Positions 25,269-34,585 of a DNA stretch of 36,624 nucleotides are shown here, piece after piece. Origin of the DNA: a virus (lineage: Duplodnaviria; Caudoviricetes); IMG/VR virus record IMGVR_UViG_3300013767_000179, positions 1 through 36,624 of that record, one strand, 5' to 3'. The notes beneath the pieces are model-generated. The model was not told the DNA's origin. It ran no database searches and worked only from the letters and a program-made list of their open reading frames with translations. Within the stretch, counting starts at the first letter, position 1. The number at the start of each line of letters is the position of its first letter. A program made the position numbers and the translations under genes.

Positions 25269-25441
25269 GCCGGCCAGCTCAACTGTATCGGCTGCTCGAC
25301 TGCGCCTCGGGCGCCGAGTGGTTTGGCCGGCCGCTTGCCGAGGTTCCCGACGCAGACATCTGGCGCTGGCGCGCTTGCCTGGTCGCCGCGCACCGCCTCC
25401 TTCACCACGCTCGACACGAACACGACAACGAAGACGAGTAA
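25262..25441 (+). CDS. -1 frameshift extension of chaperone (gpGT-like)
   Basis: -1 frame open from slippery site 25256-25262 to TAA 25439-25441, 3 nt before tape measure ATG; no ATG in this frame. Confidence 0.75.
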   Translation, partial: LLSRPAQLYRLLDCASGAEWFGRPLAEVPDADIWRWRACLVAAHRLLHHARHEHDNEDE

Positions 25442-25444
25442 CCA

Positions 25445-27256
25445 ATGGGCGGAAGCATCAACCGTGACGCGACGGTGCGCGTCGGCCTGGAAGTCGACGA
25501 CGACGTCGCCACCGCGGCCGAACGCATCCTCGGGCCGATCGATCGCGCCGCGCAGAGCGTGTCCACCAAGCTCGGCTCGGTCTTCGTCGAGACCGGTCGC
25601 GTATTCGCGAACGTGGCGATGGACGTCGCGCGTGTGGCCACGGCGCTCGGCGCCATCGACCTCGGTGCCTCGGTCACCCGGTTCGTCCGCTACCGCGAAG
25701 AGGTCGCGCGCACGGCGGCATCCGCCGGGCAGAGCTTCGATGCGCTCGGGCAGAGGTACAAGACGGTCGGCGATCGGCTGGCGATTTCCGACGAAGCGGT
25801 GGCGCGCTTCAGTCGCGGCATCCAGGTCGCGACCTACGATGCGAACGACTCGTCCCGGGCGATCGAGGCGCTCGGGAACGAAGCGCTCTTTACCAACCGC
25901 TCGCTCGACCAGATGGCGCCCATCGGCGAGGCGCTCCACAACGAGCTCGGCCAGAGCTTCGACGACATTCCCGACGCGCTCGGCCGCATCGACGCCGCCG
26001 CCGAGAAGCTCGGCACCTCGGGCGGGCCGGCGGCGCTCCAGACGGAGATCGCCAACCTCGGCGCGACCATCTCGCAGGTGTCGATCAAAGGCCGCGCCGA
26101 CTTCGCCAACATCACGGCTTCGATCGCCGAGCTCGGCCGCGGGCTGCCCGCCAAGCAGCAAGAGCGAATCCAGCAGCGCATCGTTGGCCGCATCTTCGCC
26201 GACAGCGAGGGGCTCCGCCGCCAGCTCGGCATCCAGTTCGAGCAGTTCTACGACGAGCAGGGGAAGGTCCGAGATCTGCCGGCGCTGCTCGAGCACGTCC
26301 AGCGCATGGCGACCAAGCGCTGGGGCTTGCGCGCGCGCGAGGTGCTCAGCCAGCCGCAGAACTTCGGCCCCGAGGCAGCGGCGGCGATCATGGCCTACGA
26401 CCCCGAAGCCGCGCGCGCGGCCGCCGAAGCGAAGCTGTCGACCACGGCGACTGAACGCGCGCGCGCATATCGCCAGAGCGATGCCGGAAAGGCGATCGCG
26501 GAGCGCAACCAGCTCGAGCAGGAAAAGCGCGACCAGGTGGGGGGCGCCATCGCGCGAGGTCAGGAGTCGTTCGGTTCACTCTTCGAGGGCCATCCGATTC
26601 TCGGTAACCTCGCCATGCTCACCGGCCTTCGGCTCGGAGCCTCGGGGCTGAAATGGATGTTCACGCCGAAGCTGATGCAAGCCGCCCTCGGCGCAGTCGA
26701 GGGCGGCGAAGGCGCGGCCGGCGCCGGCGCGCTCGCGAGATCGCCGGCGGCGCGGCTCGGTGCTGGTGCGCTTCGCTGGCTGTTCTCCGGCTCGGCCGGC
26801 AGCATCGCCACCGGCGCGCTCGCGATGAGCGCGCTCACCACCTACGGCGGCATCAAGCTGACCGGCCTCGACAAGTTCAACGAGACCATCGGCGGTCAGA
26901 GGAACCAGCTCGAGCAGCAATTCGAGACCGCGCGCCTCGGTCGGGTCTACGCGATCCTGCGCGCAGCCGAGCGAACTTCAGGTGAAGGTACCGGGGAGTT
27001 CTCGCCCGAGCGTTACCGGCGCGAGCTCGGGCCGCGGCTCATGGGTGAGATCGCGCAAGACCCGGCCCTGCAGCTGGTCGCCTCCGGCGCAGCGAACAAC
27101 ACTGTGCCGGTTGGCCTCGCCGAGCAGGCGCCCGCGTTGGCGGCGGCGCTTCGCGATGCGCTCAAGGACGTGCAGCTCAACGTCCAGCTCCAGCTGCAAG
27201 ACGACACCGGCAGCCCGCATCGCGTGGTTGCTCGTCAGAAGGGCGCGCGTCAGTAG
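25445..27256 (+). CDS. Tape measure protein
   Basis: 603 aa Ala/Gly-rich helical protein with hydrophobic segments after chaperones. Confidence 0.82.
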   Translation: MGGSINRDATVRVGLEVDDDVATAAERILGPIDRAAQSVSTKLGSVFVETGRVFANVAMDVARVATALGAIDLGASVTRFVRYREEVARTAASAGQSFDALGQRYKTVGDRLAISDEAVARFSRGIQVATYDANDSSRAIEALGNEALFTNRSLDQMAPIGEALHNELGQSFDDIPDALGRIDAAAEKLGTSGGPAALQTEIANLGATISQVSIKGRADFANITASIAELGRGLPAKQQERIQQRIVGRIFADSEGLRRQLGIQFEQFYDEQGKVRDLPALLEHVQRMATKRWGLRAREVLSQPQNFGPEAAAAIMAYDPEAARAAAEAKLSTTATERARAYRQSDAGKAIAERNQLEQEKRDQVGGAIARGQESFGSLFEGHPILGNLAMLTGLRLGASGLKWMFTPKLMQAALGAVEGGEGAAGAGALARSPAARLGAGALRWLFSGSAGSIATGALAMSALTTYGGIKLTGLDKFNETIGGQRNQLEQQFETARLGRVYAILRAAERTSGEGTGEFSPERYRRELGPRLMGEIAQDPALQLVASGAANNTVPVGLAEQAPALAAALRDALKDVQLNVQLQLQDDTGSPHRVVARQKGARQ

Positions 27257-27327
27257 TCTTCGCGTTGGTGGCGAAGGCGGTGCGGGCCCCTGCCGGAACG
27301 CCCTCTATTAATGATGCGTCTTCAATG

Positions 27328-27357
27328 TTGACCACTGACTATCCGTTCAGGTAGAGT
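27328..27357 (+). promoter_or_regulatory. Candidate sigma-70 promoter, leaderless
   Basis: TTGACC-N18-TAGAGT-N7-GTG(27365). Confidence 0.55.
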
Positions 27358-27364
27358 GATTCCC

Positions 27365-27592
27365 GTGCTCGCTCGCGTTTCCGCCGACCTGGATCGCCTC
27401 CTCCGGCATGCTGCTCGCCGGTCGGTTGAGGATCTCGAAGCTGCGCTGGCGCCCGTGCACCCGGGCCAAGTCGCCGAACGCGTCGTCTACGCATATCACC
27501 ACCTGCCTTGCGTTCGCGCTTACCGCGCCGAGTTGATCGCCACAATCGCGGACTACGTGCGCGAGTTGCGCGCGTCGAGAACGGAGCGCTGA
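27365..27592 (+). CDS. Hypothetical protein (accessory)
   Basis: In-frame GTG 7 nt after -10 box. Confidence 0.5.
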   Translation: MLARVSADLDRLLRHAARRSVEDLEAALAPVHPGQVAERVVYAYHHLPCVRAYRAELIATIADYVRELRASRTER

Positions 27593-27594
27593 GG

Positions 27595-27879
27595 ATGGAC
27601 AGCAGAAACGAATGGCGCGAGCGCATGAAAGAGAAGCGCCGCGAACACCAACAGCAACGTCGCGCCGAGCTCGCAGCCGACCCGCGCGTGCAGGCCATGA
27701 AGCAGGCGCTCAAGGAGCGGCGGCACGCGGACTACGAACGCGCGAAGGCGTGGCGCAAACAGCGCGCGAAGGAGACCAAGCAGCGCGAGGGCGAGCACGC
27801 GATCGAGGAGCGCGCTCGCCGAGACGCTGCGCTCAAGGATCTGATCCGCCCGGCGACGACACCTGACGAGGAGAGGTGA
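27595..27879 (+). CDS. Highly charged helical hypothetical protein (accessory)
   Basis: GGAG upstream; E/R/K/Q-rich coiled coil; coding-like codons. Confidence 0.65.
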   Translation: MDSRNEWRERMKEKRREHQQQRRAELAADPRVQAMKQALKERRHADYERAKAWRKQRAKETKQREGEHAIEERARRDAALKDLIRPATTPDEER

Positions 27880-28067
27880 TCGTGGCCTGCAACTTGACGA
27901 CGACTACCAACGGCGTTCGCTTCGAGTGCTCGCATGATTGGCGTGAGCCCGAGGAGCCGGAACCGCTCGACCCTCCGCGTTGCTTCGACTGCGTCGTCGA
28001 GCTCGTCGACGACGGACTGATCTGCACCGACTGTGCGGCCCGCCTCGATGCCATTTCAGCGCGATAG
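27876..28067 (+). CDS. Small zinc-finger-like protein
   Basis: GTGA overlap, GAGGAG RBS, CFDC..CTDC. Confidence 0.5.
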   Translation: MIVACNLTTTTNGVRFECSHDWREPEEPEPLDPPRCFDCVVELVDDGLICTDCAARLDAISAR

Positions 28068-28111
28068 CTGACTGCGCTGAAGTCGAAGCTGCGCTGCGGC
28101 GTGATTGGTAG

Positions 28112-28693
28112 TCATTCGTCAGGCTGGTGGCGCAGGTCGGTGAGCACCAGCGACGGGAGATGCGGCAAGATCGCGGCATACGCGGAGAGGGAAGAATTCG
28201 CCGCGTCGCAGATCGGCCCCGACAGCGCATCGTCGGAGCAGCACTGCCGAGCCTTCAGCCAGCTCATGGTGTCGCACGGGTGGAGCGCGCCGAGCGTCTG
28301 GCCGTCGCAGTTGTCGTAGGAGATCGCGAGTGACGTGCAGCCGTCGCGCTTCGAGCGCGGCGCGCAGCGCGCCGAGCACCTTCGGCCCTGCTCCTCAACG
28401 ACTTCGAGCACCGCTTGATTGATGTGCGGTTCGTCTGCGCGCATGTTGGTGAAGCCATCCATTTGGTCCCACGCCTGCGCGTAGCACAAGTCGATGCAGC
28501 CCACGCCGTTGACGTAGCGGTCGATCGGAATCGGGTTCTCGGCGAGGAACTTCGACGCGCTGACCTTGAGGTCGTGGGCGAGCTTGAGTTCTCGCGCCTC
28601 GGCGGCTTTGCGCTCGGCGCTTTCTCGGTCGCAGCCGAGCCCGACAGTGATGAGGAGCAAGCAGCAGACCAGATGCAGTTGTTGTTTGCGCAT
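28112..28693 (-). CDS. Cys-rich putative lipoprotein (accessory)
   Basis: MRKQ basic N-region, hydrophobic stretch, lipobox-like GLGC; many cysteines. Confidence 0.7.
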   Translation of the reverse strand: MRKQQLHLVCCLLLITVGLGCDRESAERKAAEARELKLAHDLKVSASKFLAENPIPIDRYVNGVGCIDLCYAQAWDQMDGFTNMRADEPHINQAVLEVVEEQGRRCSARCAPRSKRDGCTSLAISYDNCDGQTLGALHPCDTMSWLKARQCCSDDALSGPICDAANSSLSAYAAILPHLPSLVLTDLRHQPDE

Positions 28694-28744
28694 GGTGGGT
28701 GACGCCTACCTCGCGTCGCGACGGGTTGGAACGGTCAATCGACC

Positions 28745-29677
28745 ATGCCGCAATCGATCATCACCGGCTTTCAGGGCTGCTCGTTCAAGGGCATCGACCT
28801 GTCGAAGAACCTGACCGAGTGGAAGGACACACGTCAGCAGTCGCTCGCGCCGCACCGGTACATCAAGAAGGACGGCGCCGAGGTCGAAGTGCTGGGCCGA
28901 AAACCGCACCAAGTGAAGGCGATGCTCGCTTACGCCGGGCCGAGTTGGCGTACCGACTGGCTGCCGCTGGCCGCCTCGCTCGACCAAGATCCGTCGGGTC
29001 TGTTGGTGCATCCCGTCTACGGCCAGATGCCAGCAGTCTGCGAGGGATTTCTCGAAGCCACGATGAACGTGGAATTCGCGGCCAACCTCTACGTCGTTCC
29101 GCTCACGTTCATCGAGAACCAGCTCGGCGTCTCTACTCAATCGCAGAATGCTGGGCCGCGCGCACTTCAGCAGCGGGCCGAGGCGCACGGCGCCGCGCTG
29201 CTCAAGCGCGCGCCGGCGCAACGCCCCGTCGCCAACAACATCGGCCGATTCGTGACCACCGCGCTCGGCTACGCCGACCAAGCGGTCGCATCCACGGAGC
29301 AGGCGATGAGCTACGGGCGCCTCGTCGAAGCGCAGCTTGCCGCGGTGGATGCGACTGCAGTCGATGCGCGCGAGGCGATTCGCGCCGACCCGTCGACCGG
29401 CGACGATGCCGATCGCTACGAGATGATCGCGCTCATCGAGCTCCTCTACGACGACTGCGTGCAGCTCGACGCCGCGGTCAGGACCACGCGCTCGCCCGCG
29501 CTCATCCTCTACGAGGTGCCGTCGATGACTCACATCGCGGTCCTGTCCGTGCGCTTCTACGGCCCAGACGGCCTCTCACGCATCGACGAGATCCTCGCGA
29601 ACAACCCCGGCCTCATCCCCAACCCGGCCGCGATCGCGCCGGGCACGCTGCTCACGATGGCGCCGCCCACGGTCTGA
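28745..29677 (+). CDS. Mu gpN-like DNA circularization/tail protein
   Basis: CSFKGI..HRYIKKDGAEVEVLGRKP..GLLVHPVYG; C-terminal RFYG..EILANNP..NPAAIAPGT. Confidence 0.88.
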   Translation: MPQSIITGFQGCSFKGIDLSKNLTEWKDTRQQSLAPHRYIKKDGAEVEVLGRKPHQVKAMLAYAGPSWRTDWLPLAASLDQDPSGLLVHPVYGQMPAVCEGFLEATMNVEFAANLYVVPLTFIENQLGVSTQSQNAGPRALQQRAEAHGAALLKRAPAQRPVANNIGRFVTTALGYADQAVASTEQAMSYGRLVEAQLAAVDATAVDAREAIRADPSTGDDADRYEMIALIELLYDDCVQLDAAVRTTRSPALILYEVPSMTHIAVLSVRFYGPDGLSRIDEILANNPGLIPNPAAIAPGTLLTMAPPTV

Positions 29678-29686
29678 CCGATCTCG

Positions 29687-30844
29687 ATGGCAACTGCTTC
29701 CCAGCGTCTCGCCGAAGTATCGGTGGTGATCGCGGGCGAGGAGTATTCCAAGATCGCCGAGTACGCTTACGACACCGACGTGCTCCAGCTCGGCGACCCG
29801 TGCTCGGTGCGCATCCCGAATCCCGACGGCAAGCTCAACAGCAGGATCAAGCTCGGTGACTCGTTCGAGCTGTACGTCGCGCATCCCGACGTGAACGGCG
29901 GAAAGAAGACGCGGAAGCTGAAGGGGATCGTCACCACGCGCCAGGTGGAGTGCTCGCCGGATGCGGGTACGGTGCTCACCGTCGGTGGCGCCGATCTCGG
30001 CTGGCATCTTCTCAACAACGCGGCGCCCCTTTGGCTCCGGCTCCGTGGCATTCGCTTCAAGACGCTGCTCGAGCGCGTGCTCGATCCAGCTTGGAACTTC
30101 ACCGGCGTCCGCACCGACAACGACACCAACCGCGCGCTCAAGCTCGGGCGCGCGGGCGCAGTGCAACAGCTGTCGGGATCCATCAGCGCTCTCATTCCGC
30201 CGATCCAGGTCGAGCCTGGCGAGATGATCGCGGACCTGCTGATCTTGTACGCGCGCCGGGCGCGCCAGCTAGTGAACGTCTCTGCCGACGGGTACCTTCA
30301 GATCTGGTCGCCGCAGTCGAACCCGACGCCGCTCTATTCGTTCCACCTGCACGCCGAGCCGACGCACCGGCAGCTCAACGACATCGAGCGCGCGACGCTC
30401 TACGAGACCATTGACAGCGTTTACACCGAGGTCATCTGCGTCGGCACGGTGGTGCTGCCGCCGAACATGGTGAGCGCGACCAACCCGAACGAGGGGCGCT
30501 TCCGTGGCACCTACCGCGCGCCGGCGAATGCACGACCGCTCTCTTTTCCACGGCGAGGCAGCTTCTCCGACGGCGATCAGCTGACCAAGCAGATGGCCAA
30601 CGATCGCGCGCGCTGGAAGGCCCAGCGTGGCCTCTTCGACGCTTGGCAGTACACCTGCCAGGTCAAGGGCCATGTGCAAAACGGCGTCTTCTTCGAACCG
30701 GACACGGGCGCGGACCTGCACGACACGGTGAACGGCGTCGAGGGCAACTACTACGTGAGCGCCGTGCGCTACGCGGGGCGCGTCGATCCGCCGGGCCAGA
30801 CGACGACGCTGACCCTACGCAAGCCGGGACTCCTTCGAGCATGA
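29687..30844 (+). CDS. Baseplate hub, Mu gp44/P-like
   Basis: VSVVIAGEEY..G-D..IQVEPGE..SADG..YYVSAVRY..TTLTL; position after gpN. Confidence 0.8.
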   Translation: MATASQRLAEVSVVIAGEEYSKIAEYAYDTDVLQLGDPCSVRIPNPDGKLNSRIKLGDSFELYVAHPDVNGGKKTRKLKGIVTTRQVECSPDAGTVLTVGGADLGWHLLNNAAPLWLRLRGIRFKTLLERVLDPAWNFTGVRTDNDTNRALKLGRAGAVQQLSGSISALIPPIQVEPGEMIADLLILYARRARQLVNVSADGYLQIWSPQSNPTPLYSFHLHAEPTHRQLNDIERATLYETIDSVYTEVICVGTVVLPPNMVSATNPNEGRFRGTYRAPANARPLSFPRRGSFSDGDQLTKQMANDRARWKAQRGLFDAWQYTCQVKGHVQNGVFFEPDTGADLHDTVNGVEGNYYVSAVRYAGRVDPPGQTTTLTLRKPGLLRA

Positions 30845-31464
30845 GCGACTTCTTCGAACGGCTGCACGCGCTCAGGGCAGAGCTGCGCGAATACGCGCGC
30901 CAGGTGGTGGCGAACGCGATCCAGTTCACCCAGGTGACGCGCTCGACGTCGTCGGGCGAGCACGACAAGGTCGCCGGTTACCGGACCGAGGGAGTGGGCG
31001 AGGAGTCCTACGACTACGAGGTGCGGCGCATGCAGCACTTCGGCTTCCGCTCGCGGCCGCCGAAGGACGTCTGGGCGCTGCGGGTCGCCGCCACCGGCGG
31101 CGCGACCAACAACGCCACCGTCGCCGAGGACTCGCGCCGCTACGGGCCAAGCGACCTCGAGGATGGCGAAGTCGCGCTCTACAACAACGTCGCCGGCGTC
31201 GAGCTGCGGTTCGATCGCGACGGCAACATCAACGCGCAGTCGGCGAATGGGAAGGTCGTGAGCCTGCAGGGCGGCGATCGCGGCGTGGCCCGGCTGAATG
31301 ACGACGTCGATTGCGGCACGCTCATCTTCGTGCCCGGCCCGCCCGCCGCGCTCACGTACGTCGCGCCGGGCGGGGCGATGCCGAACCCGATGCCGTCGGG
31401 TGCTGCCACGATCGCGCTCAAGGGCAAGATCATCTCCGCCAGCGACAAGACGAAGACCGGCTGA
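30841..31464 (+). CDS. Baseplate spike, Mu gp45-like
   Basis: VRRMQHFGFRSRPP..EDSRRYGPSDLEDGEVALY; ATGA overlap. Confidence 0.88.
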   Translation: MSDFFERLHALRAELREYARQVVANAIQFTQVTRSTSSGEHDKVAGYRTEGVGEESYDYEVRRMQHFGFRSRPPKDVWALRVAATGGATNNATVAEDSRRYGPSDLEDGEVALYNNVAGVELRFDRDGNINAQSANGKVVSLQGGDRGVARLNDDVDCGTLIFVPGPPAALTYVAPGGAMPNPMPSGAATIALKGKIISASDKTKTG

Positions 31465-31467
31465 GCC

Positions 31468-31866
31468 ATGCCACTCTCCGACGACGGCGGCGACGTTGCG
31501 CTCGTTCGCAACCCGGCAAGTGGCCGATTCGATCTCGACTGGGACGGCCCGAACCCGGTCTTCGACGACACGGAAGCGCACACGGTGCTGTCGTTGGTGC
31601 TCGAGTGGCAGGGCAAGTGGTGGGCGGACGCAACCGGCAAGCGCGGCTCGCGCTTGAACCAGATCCGCAACGACACGCGCACCACCGGCTCGGAGCTCCA
31701 CGCGGCGCTCGAGGAGGCGCTCGCGCCGGCCGTTGCAGATGGCCGGCTTCGCGATCTCGCCGTGAGCACAGAGCGCGTCCGCCCGGGCCGTTACGGATTC
31801 CAGATCGCGTGGAAGACCGCCGACGGCCGCTCGGCTTCGATCCGCATCCCGCCGCTCGACTACTGA
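31468..31866 (+). CDS. Baseplate protein, Mu gp46-like
   Basis: WWAD..GSRL..EEALAPAVADG motif. Confidence 0.82.
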   Translation: MPLSDDGGDVALVRNPASGRFDLDWDGPNPVFDDTEAHTVLSLVLEWQGKWWADATGKRGSRLNQIRNDTRTTGSELHAALEEALAPAVADGRLRDLAVSTERVRPGRYGFQIAWKTADGRSASIRIPPLDY

Positions 31867-31891
31867 TCCTCGCGCACGCGCGACACCGACG

Positions 31892-33391
31892 ATGCCCATC
31901 TCGATTCCCGACTACGACACGCTCTGGCAGGAGGTGCTCGCCTTCTGGCGGAACCGATTCCCAGGCAAAGATGACCACGCCGAGTCGTTCCTCGGCAAGA
32001 CCGCGCGCGCAGTCTCGATGGCGATCTTCGCGCTGCTTCGCGCGGTGGCCGCGGTCGATGCCGAGTCGCCACCGTCAGAGCGGACGTCGTCGGATGGCCT
32101 CAGCGCCTGGGCGTTTGTCTTCGGTGTCCCGTCCGATACCGCCGGCGATTTCGGACCGAAAGGGCCGACTGTCGCCACCGGCGGCGCCGGCCAGTGCACC
32201 GGCACCAACGGCACGATCTTCCCCGACGGCGCGATCCTGACGGCGCCCGATGGACAGACCGAGGTGTCGCTCTCCGGCGCCGTGACGATCGTGGGCGCGG
32301 CACCAGGCGCGGGCTCCGTGCTCGGCAGCTTCATCGCCGTCACGCCCGGGACCGCGGGCAACCTGCCCGCGGGCACGGTGCTCACTTGGCAGTCACCGCC
32401 GAGCGGCGCCGACTCGACGGTAACGCTCACCTCTCCGCTCAGGGGCGCGCTCGATGGCGAATCGCCGGCGAGCCTGCTTCGGCGCACGCTCGATCGGATG
32501 CAGCGGCCACCGAAGGGCGGCGCGTCGAACGACTATCGCTCCTGGGCCGAATCAGTCGACGGCGTTTATCGCGCGTACGTCTATCCGCTCCGCGGCGGCA
32601 CCGACACGGTGCATGTGGTGATCGCGACCGCGGGGAGCGGCATCGCCCGCGTACCGGCGGCGGCGGTGCAGTCGGCGGTGGATGCGTACGTCGGCTCGGT
32701 CCGCCCGGTCACCGTCGAGGGTTATAAGACGCTCCTTCCGCGTGTGGTCGCGCCGGGCATGGCGATTCGCATTCGCCTCCAACCGTCGCCGAAGTTCGCC
32801 TTCGATTGGAGCTCGGCCGGCGTCAATTACACGGTCGCTGCCTACGCTCCGCCCGGCGCCACGCCGGCGACGCTGACCCTCAACCAGCCGGCGCCGGCCG
32901 ATCTGGTCGCGGCGGTGTCGAGAGCGGCAAGTGGTCTTGCGAGCCGGTGGCCGCTCGTGCAGGTGATCGCCTCCGGCACGGGTGCGTCAGCTTTGCCGCT
33001 GCTGCTCTCGTGCACGGCGGTGGCTGGCGCGGTGCTGACCATCCAGCAGGGACCGGCGACCGGTATCATTAATGTAGGCGACGCGGTGTTCTCGGGTGGG
33101 CCGGTGGTGGCGCCGGCGGCGACGGCGGTGTTGGGCTACGTCGATTCGCTCGGTCCCTCGCGGCAGTCGGGCTACGCAGATCCAAACGACGTCTGGGACG
33201 ACATGTGCTCGATCGCGCGGCTGATTCAGATCGCGCTCGATTTGAAGGACGACAAGGGCGCGCCGCTGTGCCGCAACGTCGTTCCCGCCGGCGTCACCAT
33301 CGACGGCCAGGCGCAAGACCGCACTGCCACCGATGGGACCGGCGATCCGCCCGAGCTCCTCGTCGCCCACTCGATCGCTATCACCGACTGA
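31892..33391 (+). CDS. Baseplate J-like protein, Mu gp47
   Basis: GTAGNLPAG..GALDGES..PPKGGASNDYRSWAESVDGVYRAYVYP..GTDTVHVVI. Confidence 0.92.
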   Translation: MPISIPDYDTLWQEVLAFWRNRFPGKDDHAESFLGKTARAVSMAIFALLRAVAAVDAESPPSERTSSDGLSAWAFVFGVPSDTAGDFGPKGPTVATGGAGQCTGTNGTIFPDGAILTAPDGQTEVSLSGAVTIVGAAPGAGSVLGSFIAVTPGTAGNLPAGTVLTWQSPPSGADSTVTLTSPLRGALDGESPASLLRRTLDRMQRPPKGGASNDYRSWAESVDGVYRAYVYPLRGGTDTVHVVIATAGSGIARVPAAAVQSAVDAYVGSVRPVTVEGYKTLLPRVVAPGMAIRIRLQPSPKFAFDWSSAGVNYTVAAYAPPGATPATLTLNQPAPADLVAAVSRAASGLASRWPLVQVIASGTGASALPLLLSCTAVAGAVLTIQQGPATGIINVGDAVFSGGPVVAPAATAVLGYVDSLGPSRQSGYADPNDVWDDMCSIARLIQIALDLKDDKGAPLCRNVVPAGVTIDGQAQDRTATDGTGDPPELLVAHSIAITD

Positions 33392-33397
33392 AAAACG

Positions 33398-34357
33398 ATG
33401 CCGCTTTCGCTGAAAGACGTGCGCGGGCTGCTCCTCGGGCTGTTTCCGCCGGGGCAGCTCTACGACTGGTACACGCCGGCATCCAAGGTCAGCCGCTTTC
33501 TCGACGGCCTGGCCGAGGCGGTGAAGACCTTCGGCTACGACGTCGTGGATCGGCTGCGCCGCGAGATCAACCCTGCCACCGCGATCGAGAAGCTGGCCGA
33601 TTGGGAAGAAGCGCTCGGCATCTCGGCCAGCTTCACCGCCCGCAATGGCACTGTGGCGCAGCGGCAGGCGGGCGTGGTCGGCAAGCTCCGCGAGTTCGGC
33701 GCGTTCACCCTCGGCAACACGCGCGCGATCGTGGCGCCGCTTCTCGGCTACGTCGATCCAGGCAAGCTGATCCTCGTCGAGACCGACCGCGCGAAAATGC
33801 GCGCGGCGCACACGTACACGGATCCGACGCAGCATCCGTTGTTCTGGTTTGTCTTCGGCATGGTGTCCGTGCCCGACGGCGGATGGGTGAGCTCGGCGGG
33901 CGCGCAGCTCACGCTCCAATTCCAGGCGCCGCCGGTGCCGTTCAGCGTGTACCTGTATTCGCCGTCGGGTCCGTTCAAGTCGTGGTCACCGAGCGATCTC
34001 GGCCCGTCGCGCGCGCGGTACGTGCTCTACGCTCCCGAGCTCGCCGGCAAGCCGTGCAACGGCACCTGGACGCTGTTCCTCGTTGCCTCGAGCTTCGCGA
34101 ACACGAGCGTCCTTGCGAGCTGGTCGCTGTTCGTCGAGGGGGCGGGCCCGCATGGGCTCTCCGGCGACCTGTGTTCGTGGGGCGCGTACCTCGATCCTCA
34201 GCTCGCCGGCAAGAACGGCACGCCCGCCGATCGCGAAGGCGCGCACGTCGCGATCGCGCGCATCGAGCACGCGCACACCGACGGAGTGCTCCTCCTCAGC
34301 CTGTTGGCCATCCCCGATGCCCCGACCTCTCTACCCGATGCTTGCCTCCCCGGCTGA
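33398..34357 (+). CDS. Mu gp48/DUF2313-like baseplate protein with inserted P-domain-like module
   Basis: LFPPGQLY..REINPATAIEKLADWEEALGI..QRQ; internal LYSPSG..GKPCNGTWTL..LASWSL. Confidence 0.78.
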   Translation: MPLSLKDVRGLLLGLFPPGQLYDWYTPASKVSRFLDGLAEAVKTFGYDVVDRLRREINPATAIEKLADWEEALGISASFTARNGTVAQRQAGVVGKLREFGAFTLGNTRAIVAPLLGYVDPGKLILVETDRAKMRAAHTYTDPTQHPLFWFVFGMVSVPDGGWVSSAGAQLTLQFQAPPVPFSVYLYSPSGPFKSWSPSDLGPSRARYVLYAPELAGKPCNGTWTLFLVASSFANTSVLASWSLFVEGAGPHGLSGDLCSWGAYLDPQLAGKNGTPADREGAHVAIARIEHAHTDGVLLLSLLAIPDAPTSLPDACLPG

Positions 34358-34583
34358 CTGTGAGCTCGACGTGCGTCTCTATGAAGACGCGCTTCTCGAG
34401 CTCGCCCGCGCAGCGCGCGCGTTCGCGCACGCGATCGCGCGTGCAGCCGAGGCCGGCGCAAATCTGCCGGAAGACGCGTCGTCGGCGTTCGTCGCGCGGG
34501 TGCTCGACGAGTGCCGTGCCGCGCTCGTGCCCGCGTTCGCGCGCGCGCCGGGGATGCTGCAGCTGTTCGTGACGGGGAGTTGA
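34338..34583 (+). CDS. Small Ala-rich hypothetical protein (start uncertain)
   Basis: Fills gap between gp48 and fibre gene with coding-like codons. Confidence 0.45.
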   Translation: MLASPADCELDVRLYEDALLELARAARAFAHAIARAAEAGANLPEDASSAFVARVLDECRAALVPAFARAPGMLQLFVTGS

Positions 34584-34585
34584 TC

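Noticed and set aside
27256-27278. Hairpin GTCTTCGC/GCGAAGGC after tape measure as terminator
   Set aside because: Short stem, no U-tract; insufficient support
28700-28738. Promoter for the lipoprotein gene using minus-strand TTGACC
   Set aside because: Spacing to the TAGGCG -10 candidate is about 24 bp; not a credible pair
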